The notes below the pieces were generated by a model. That model searched no databases. It was not told the origin of the DNA and saw nothing but the letters and a program-made list of their open reading frames with translations. Source: Octopus sinensis (lineage: Eukaryota). Taken from it: 39,298 nt of DNA. The position numbers were made by a program, and so were the translations under genes. The first letter of the stretch is position 1. Each line of letters opens with the position of its first letter. Of this stretch, positions 32,908 through 39,298 are shown in pieces. Location: the NCBI RefSeq assembly GCF_006345805.1, contig NW_021835550.1, positions 1-39,298 of the forward strand, written 5' to 3'.

Positions 32908-33448
32908 GGCTACGAGCTGGCAGAATCGTTAGCACGCCGGGCGACTTTGCCTTTCATCCTTTCGGGGTCGATAAATTAAGTACCAGTTACGCACTGGGGT
33001 CGATGTAATCGACTTAATAACTATGTCTGTCCTTGTTTGTCCCCTCTGTGTTTAGCCCCTTGTGGGTAATAAAGAAATAGGTATTTCGTCAGCCGCAATG
33101 TTCTGAGTTCAAATTCCGCAGAAGTCGACTTTGCCTTTCATCATTTTGGGATCGATTAAATAAGTAACAGTTAAGCACTGGGGTCGATATAATCGACTTA
33201 ATACGTTTGTCTGTCCTTGTTCGTCCCCTCTGTTTTTAGCCCCTTGTGGGTAGTAAATAAATAGGTATTTCGTCTGCCGTCACGTTCTGAGTTCAAATTC
33301 CGCCGTGGTCGACTTTGCCTTTCATCCTTTTGGGGCCGATAAATTAAGGACCAGTTATGCACTGGGGTCGATGTAATCAACTTAATCCCTTTGTCTGTCC
33401 TTGTTTACCCTCCCTATGTTTAGCCCCCTGTGGGCAATAAAGAAATAA
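32908..33448 (+). mobile_element. SINE family A concatemer, three units, head with internal deletion
   Basis: The head jumps from GGGCGA to CTTTGCC via CGA microhomology. Three tail1 segments follow. Confidence 0.9.
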
Positions 33449-33764
33449 TTATTGTGAACTATGTTTTGCTTATCACGGACTGCACTGTGATAACACGGGT
33501 TGGCGATCAGTGAAAGCTTCTGCTCGGTCCCCCAAAAGCCTTCCACACCCACAACAATCTACAATAATCAGTTACCCAGAATGCACTGATTATCACTCGC
33601 GTGTTTATATCACCGTATCAGAAATCAACGGATTTACGGACTCGCACCCATCAATATGTGATGAGAAAATGTACTTAAACGCCGGATTAAAAAAAAACCA
33701 AAAACACAAAAAAAAAACGACGTTGACGAGTGTATTTGTTATTCACTTTTTTATCTTTATCTTT

Positions 33765-34169
33765 TTATCTTTTACTTGTTTCAGTCGTTTGACTGCGGCC
33801 ATGCTGGAGCACCGCCTTTTAGTCGAGCAAATCGACCCCGGGACTTATTCTTTGTAAGCCCAGTACTTATTCTATCGGTCTCTTTTTGCCGAACCGCTAA
33901 GTGACGGGGACGTAAACACACCAGCATCGGTTGTCAAGCAATGCTTGGGGGACAAACACAGACACACAAACACACACACATACATATATACATATACATA
34001 TATACGACAGGCTTCTTTCAGTTTCTGTCTACCAAATCCACTCACAAGAAGGCATTGGTCGGCCCGGGGCTATAGCAGAAGACACTTGCCCAAGATGCCA
34101 CGCAGTGGGACTGAACCCGGAACCATGTGGTTGGTTAGCAAGCTACTTACCACACAGCCACTCCTGCGC
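33765..34169 (-). mobile_element. SINE family C, full length
   Basis: Module match. Confidence 0.92.
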
Positions 34170-34786
34170 ATACTGATCATATGTTATAAAATTTTGCTCC
34201 AAATATTATTCCAAACATGAAATAATATCATTATGCGTGTCTTAAAGCTATTTTGTGGTGTTATTTGTGTATAAGGGACACCTAGAGGTCTCGGAACGAA
34301 ACCTTTTGACTCCTACAGGTTCTATTATTCATTTAGCACTGAGATATTTAACGCCAATTTTTTTTTCCTGTTTATTTGTTTTGGAAATTAACCAAACATC
34401 CGTGATAAATGAGGATAGATGATTTTTCATTAAATATAGGATACTTCTGTCATCGTTCCTGAACAGAAGTCACGGCCAATATACCTCTGATCTTGGCTCT
34501 ACTCGATCAAGGCTGACACAAAACTAATCAACAACAACAACAACAATAACAACAACAACAACAGCAGCGGCAGGAGCAACAGTAGCAGTTGGAGATACGA
34601 CAAGGAATTTTTGCATTTTTTTTTTTTGTTTAATCCTCCGTAAGTTTTTTTTTTATTTTTTTGAACTTTCAATCATCTGCGATGGCCATTTGCAGATAAA
34701 CCTTGAAAGTTATGGTTCATTCAAAAAAGAAAAGCGTTTTGAAAGAAATGAAATTTCTTTTGTCTTTTCTGTCTTCGTCATCAAAA

Positions 34787-34855
34787 TTATTATTATTGTT
34801 GTTGTTGTTGTTGTTGTTATTATTATTATTATTATTATTACTATTATTGTTGTTG

Positions 34856-34887
<32 letters not shown>

Positions 34888-35071
34888 GTTGTTGTTGTTG
34901 TTGTTATTATTATTATTATTATTATTATTGTTGTTGTTGTTGTTGTTGTCATTATCATTGTTGTTGTTGTTGTTGTTGTTGATATTATTGTTGTTGTTGT
35001 TGTTGTTATTATTATTATTATTATTATCATCATCATTATTATTATTATTATTATTATTGTTGTTATTATTA

Positions 35072-35120
<49 letters not shown>

Positions 35121-35323
35121 TATTATTGTTGTTGTTATTATTATTATTATTATTATTATTGTTGTTGTTGTTGTTGTTATTATTGTTGTTGTTGTTGTTG
35201 TTGTCATTATCATTGTTGTTGTTGTTGTTGTTGATATTATTGTTGTTGTTGTTGTTGTTATTATTATTATTATTATTATCATCATCATTATTATTATTAT
35301 TATTATTATTGTTGTTATTATTA

Positions 35324-35365
<42 letters not shown>
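34787..35365. repeat. (ATT/GTT)n tract with an approximately 255-bp internal duplication
   Basis: Rare variants recur in order: GTC at 34948/35203, GAT at 34981/35233, and the ATCATCATC block. Confidence 0.9.
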
Positions 35366-35366
<1 letters not shown>

Positions 35367-35560
35367 GGTAGCGAGCTGGCAGAATCGTTAGTAAGCCAGA
35401 CGAAATGCTGAGCGGCATTTCGTCTCCCGCTGAGTTCTGAGTTCAAATTCCGCCAGGTCAACTTTGCCTTTCATCCTTTCGGGGTCGATAAATTAAGTAC
35501 CAGTCATGTACTGGGGTCGATGTAATCGACTACCCACCTCCCCACAAATATAAAGCCTTG
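35367..35560 (+). mobile_element. SINE family A copy between two long trinucleotide tracts
   Basis: Head, core and tail2-like end, with (ATT)n on both sides. Confidence 0.88.
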
Positions 35561-35567
35561 TGCCTCC

Positions 35568-35631
<64 letters not shown>

Positions 35632-35660
35632 CATTATTATCATTATCATTATTATTATTA

Positions 35661-35695
<35 letters not shown>

Positions 35696-35718
35696 TATTA
35701 TCATTATTATTCATTATA

Positions 35719-35766
<48 letters not shown>

Positions 35767-35767
35767 G

Positions 35768-36184
35768 ACTTTTTATTCTTTTACTTGTTTCAGTCATTTG
35801 ACTGCGGCCATGCTGGATCACCACCTTTAGTCGAGCAAATCGACCCCAGGGCTTCTTCTTTGTAAGCCTAGTACTTATTCTATCGGTCTCTTTTGCCGAA
35901 CCGCTAAGTTACGGGGACGCAAACACACCAGCATCAGTTGTCAAGCGATGTTGGGGGAACAAACAGACACACACACACAACACACACACACACACACACA
36001 CATATGTATATACATATATACGACGGGCTTCTTTCAGTTTCCGTACACCAAATCCACCCGCAAGAATTTGCTCGGTTCGAGGCTATAGTAGAAGGCACTT
36101 GACCAAGGTGCCACGCAGCAGGACTGAACCCGGAACCATTTGATTGGTAAGCAAGCTACTTAGCACACAGCCACTCCTGCGCCT
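35768..36184 (-). mobile_element. SINE family C, full length
   Basis: Module match. Confidence 0.9.
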
Positions 36185-36193
36185 ATTATTTTA

Positions 36194-36225
<32 letters not shown>

Positions 36226-36254
36226 CATTATCATCATCATCATTATTATTATTA

Positions 36255-36290
<36 letters not shown>

Positions 36291-36358
36291 CGTGGGTTGT
36301 ATCTCGTCCTTTGATATTGTCCTCCATGTTTGGGCCCTTGTGGCCAATAAAAGTAACC
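36291..36358 (+). mobile_element. Very short LINE/SINE 3'-end fragment related to the Tx1-like 3' UTR
   Basis: GTCCTTTGATATTGTCCTCCATGTTTGGGCCCTTGTGGCCAATAAAA, embedded in (ATT)n. Shares the terminal CCCTTGTGGCCAATAAA with the 11512 end. Confidence 0.55.
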
Positions 36359-37061
36359 ATTATTATTATTATTATTATTGTTGTTGTTGTTGTTGTTGTT
36401 GTTGTTATTTGTACAGCATCTCTTCCTGTCAACAACCGAGTATTTTATTTATTTTCTTTTATTTTATTGTTATTATTTTTTTTCTTTTAATAAATGGGGT
36501 CTATTTTTCGGCGTGCGAAGTAGGACACAAATCCTACCAAACGCTCCATTTCCTTTCGAAGTCTTTCAAATTCCCTGATGGAAATATTTCTCACCCTTTT
36601 TTTGTAGTCAGGAAGTGACGGCCTGTATCCTGATTAAAAAATGACCTGTATCAGTTCTGTGGACTTTTCCATTGTATCTTTAATCCTGAACCATTCTTTG
36701 TCTTCTGACCTTTTTATTATTTTCTTTTTTCCATTTTCATTGATCCTCCTAATTGAATCTGTTGATCGATTACATGTATCGTAACTAATGCAATGCCTCA
36801 TATTCGTTTGTTTTTTTTCTTCAGTCGGCTCCTTGTTAATGATACTCAAGACCTTGGACCTTTGTTATGGAACGCTTGAATCCTTCTTAAATATTTAAGG
36901 TGAGGATGATTAATTACTTTGCTAGAACGTACCAAAATTGATGTCCAAAATATGCTTCATTAACTAATTACATTAAAAAAAACAACAGAGTTTTTAATTT
37001 ATTTATTTTTTTTTTGAATAGGAGAAACTTTAATAAAAAATAAATGGTTACATATAAACGA

Positions 37062-37280
37062 TGACGAGGCTGTGTGTAAAGGTTTGCTTCCTAACTTCAC
37101 ACAGTGCCGGGTTCAATACCATCTTGGCACCTTGGACAAGTGTCTTCTACTACATTCCCGGGCTGACCAAATTACCAGATTTTTCTGGGCGGGCGGAAAT
37201 ATATATAGTATATATATATATATAATTCTTCATTTCCTTTTTTATATATCACAACTCGTGTTCCACATCTCCTTTTTTAA

Positions 37281-37340
<60 letters not shown>

Positions 37341-37498
37341 ATATTATATAATTGTATATATATATAAATTTAACAATTAAGGATAACTTCTTAATAAGGT
37401 ATGATTAGTGTAATTTTGGTAGTAATGACTTTGTCCCTCTTAGTGTGAGGCATTTATGTGTAATAATGCCCTCTATACAATATAAATATATATATATA

Positions 37499-37561
<63 letters not shown>

Positions 37562-37832
37562 ATATATATATATATATATGTTTGTGTGTGCATATATGGG
37601 TACAGAACGTCACCTGGAAACAACATGAAATACGTAGACAAGGAGTTAAATACGTAAATAACGAGAGAAAAAAATGGAAAACAGGACAAATAAACAAAGA
37701 GAAAGGACCCTTCATCAGTTGTCGGTTGTCTATCTGCTCCTCATTTCGAGCATTCAACGAAAATATGAGTCTTCAAAGATATATATAATATATATATGTA
37801 TATACATATATATATACATATATATATATATA

Positions 37833-37881
<49 letters not shown>

Positions 37882-38075
37882 GTGTGTGTGTGTGTGTGTG
37901 TTATGTATATATATATGTTTGTGTGTGTGTGTGTGTATTTATGGTGTCTTTGTGTTTGTACTTCCACTACTTGACAACCGGTGTTGGATTGTAAAATTCT
38001 CTGTGACTTGGCGGTTCGGCAAATGTGACCGATAGAATAAAAACTTGACTTTAATAGTTACTGCGGTCGATTTGT
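37062..38075 (+). mobile_element. SINE family C fragments (head about 37062-37200; 3' part about 37900-38075) separated by expanded (TA)n with inserted fragments
   Basis: The two halves are in the same orientation and correct order, so they may be one element whose internal microsatellite has expanded. Confidence 0.55.
37598..37780. mobile_element. (TA)n-embedded fragment, family I
   Basis: GGGTACAGAAC...CAAAGAGAAAGGACCCTTCATCAGTTG loosely parallels GAGTACAGGAC...CAAAGAAAAAACCCTCTCTTCAGTCG at about 25060-25205. Confidence 0.45.
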
Positions 38076-38121
38076 TTTACTAAACCATTCACGACGGAGC
38101 CTCAATATGACAATAATATAA

Positions 38122-38513
38122 TCTTTTCTACTCTAGGCACAAGGCTCCAAAATTTTGGAGGAGGCGCAGTCGATTAGAACTACCCTAGTACGCAACTGCT
38201 ACTTAATTTATTGACCACGATAGAATGAAATCAAAGTCGACCTCCTCGCAGGAATATGAACTCAGAACGTAAAGATACACGAAATACCTATTTCTTTATT
38301 ACCCACAAGGGGCTAAACACAGAGGGGACAAACAAGGACAGACATGGGTATTAAGCCGCTTACATCGACCCCAGTGCGTATCTGGTACTTAATTTATCGA
38401 CCCCGAAAGGATGAAAGGCAAAGTCGACCTCGGCGGAATTTGAACTCACAACGTAACGACGGACGAAAAATACCGCAACGCATTTCGTCCGGTGTACTAA
38501 CGTTTCTGCCAGC
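38122..38513 (-). mobile_element. SINE family A, head-core+tail1-core+tail2
   Basis: Two cores on the minus strand. Confidence 0.88.
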
Positions 38514-38754
38514 TGAAGCAAAGAGGGGATTAATATAAATCAAGAACAGTGACCATAAAAACTAAACACTGAACAGAGAAGTTGAACAACAGTGAACAAA
38601 TGGCTGTCTAGAATGGTGAACACTGAAACAAACAGTGAACAGAAAATCAGTACAATGAACACTGAAACAAAATTGGAAACGAGAATTAAAAAACAATGAA
38701 TACCATGATTGTATTTGTTCTGTTAAACACGAAGAGGAGTAACTTCTGTGACTG

Positions 38755-38803
38755 CTGTGCTGATGACTCCTACGGAGGTAGAAACATATACGTATGTATA
38801 TGA
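38755..38803 (+). ncRNA. Type I hammerhead motif, near intact
   Basis: CUGUG-CUGAUGA(38760-38766)-CUCC UAC GGAG GUA-GAAA(38781-38784)-CAUA UACG UAUG-UA^(38798)-UAUGA. Exact cores, 5-bp stem III with a palindromic ATACGTAT, and a 4-bp stem II plus 3 extra nt. Stem I is 4 bp, mostly G-U wobbles. Confidence 0.55.
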
Positions 38804-39204
38804 AGGATAGAAATAGTAAGAAATATCGGATATTCTACCAGGAGGTACTCCATGATCACGCCTGGAACACCTTTCATCCGAAGCCTCCGTAACTGGGGCT
38901 GACCTGGGGGTTAAATAGCAATAACAACACCACCAATACTAATAACCATAGGAGGGAGCGTCTACATCGATTAACCTTTCAAGAATGGGACATTGGATGA
39001 TGTAGTCCTAGATAACCATAAACTGGTCGGGTGAACATGGCTTGACTTAGGATAACCAATGGGAAGGGAGCTACTAAAGCAATTGACAAAATCATGGTTA
39101 GCTACAAATCCATAGAGTAAAGGACTTCTTCGGTCACGGATGACCATAGGATTGCACTTAGAAAGTGACCCTTCCAGCACAAGTCCATACTAAGTTGTTT
39201 ATGG

Positions 39205-39298
39205 AAGACTAGCAGTCGTCCATGCATACCAGCCTCCCCTCTCTACGCCACCGATGTTATCCAAGGGAACGACAGAGGCCAGTACATCTTGGAACCAG
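39205..39298 (-). mobile_element. Probable SINE 3' region, running off the window end
   Basis: GCAGTCGTCCATGCATACCAGCCTCCCC...GATGTTATCCAAGGGAA resembles a repeat I recognise from octopus DNA. No second copy is present in the window. Confidence 0.4.

Noticed and set aside
36605-36620. CAGGAAGTGACG ETS/CRE-half motif and a 71-aa minus ORF at 36634-36849
   Set aside because: There is no clustering of further motifs or consistent exon structure, so it is compatible with chance.

Overview
AT-rich eukaryotic DNA, about 39 kb, dominated by repeats. The SINE families and microsatellite load look like an octopod cephalopod (Octopus). That is my recognition of the repeats, not a database result. No complete host gene can be supported, and nearly all ORFs in the track are translations of microsatellites or SINEs. 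Contents: (i) roughly 40 copies or fragments of four tRNA-headed SINE families (labelled A, B, C, F here), many nested or concatenated; (ii) 5'-truncated non-LTR retrotransposon ends, namely R4/Dong-type restriction-like endonuclease fragments sitting in (AAT)n tracts and one Tx1/L1-type 3' end; (iii) an internally deleted mariner with intact TIRs, nested in a probable hAT MITE; (iv) a 3.2-copy tandem array of about 540 bp; (v) many (TA)n, (AAT)n, (GTT)n, (GAA)n and (TAC)n tracts; (vi) a few CpG-rich islands with ETS/CRE/E2F-like motifs and splice signals that may be gene 5' ends. The most striking signal is a set of hammerhead ribozyme (HHR) motifs. One is a 130-bp foldback at 29751-29880 that encodes a type I hammerhead on each strand, back to back. 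Four more decayed type I motifs lie at about 18.1, 25.9, 32.8 and 38.8 kb, all with a GUA cleavage triplet, suggesting Penelope-like element (PLE) termini. A second notable signal is that one 3' tail of SINE family A matches the 3' end of the Tx1/L1-type LINE in the same window. SINE boundaries are approximate (about +/-10 bp) unless a target-site duplication (TSD) is given.
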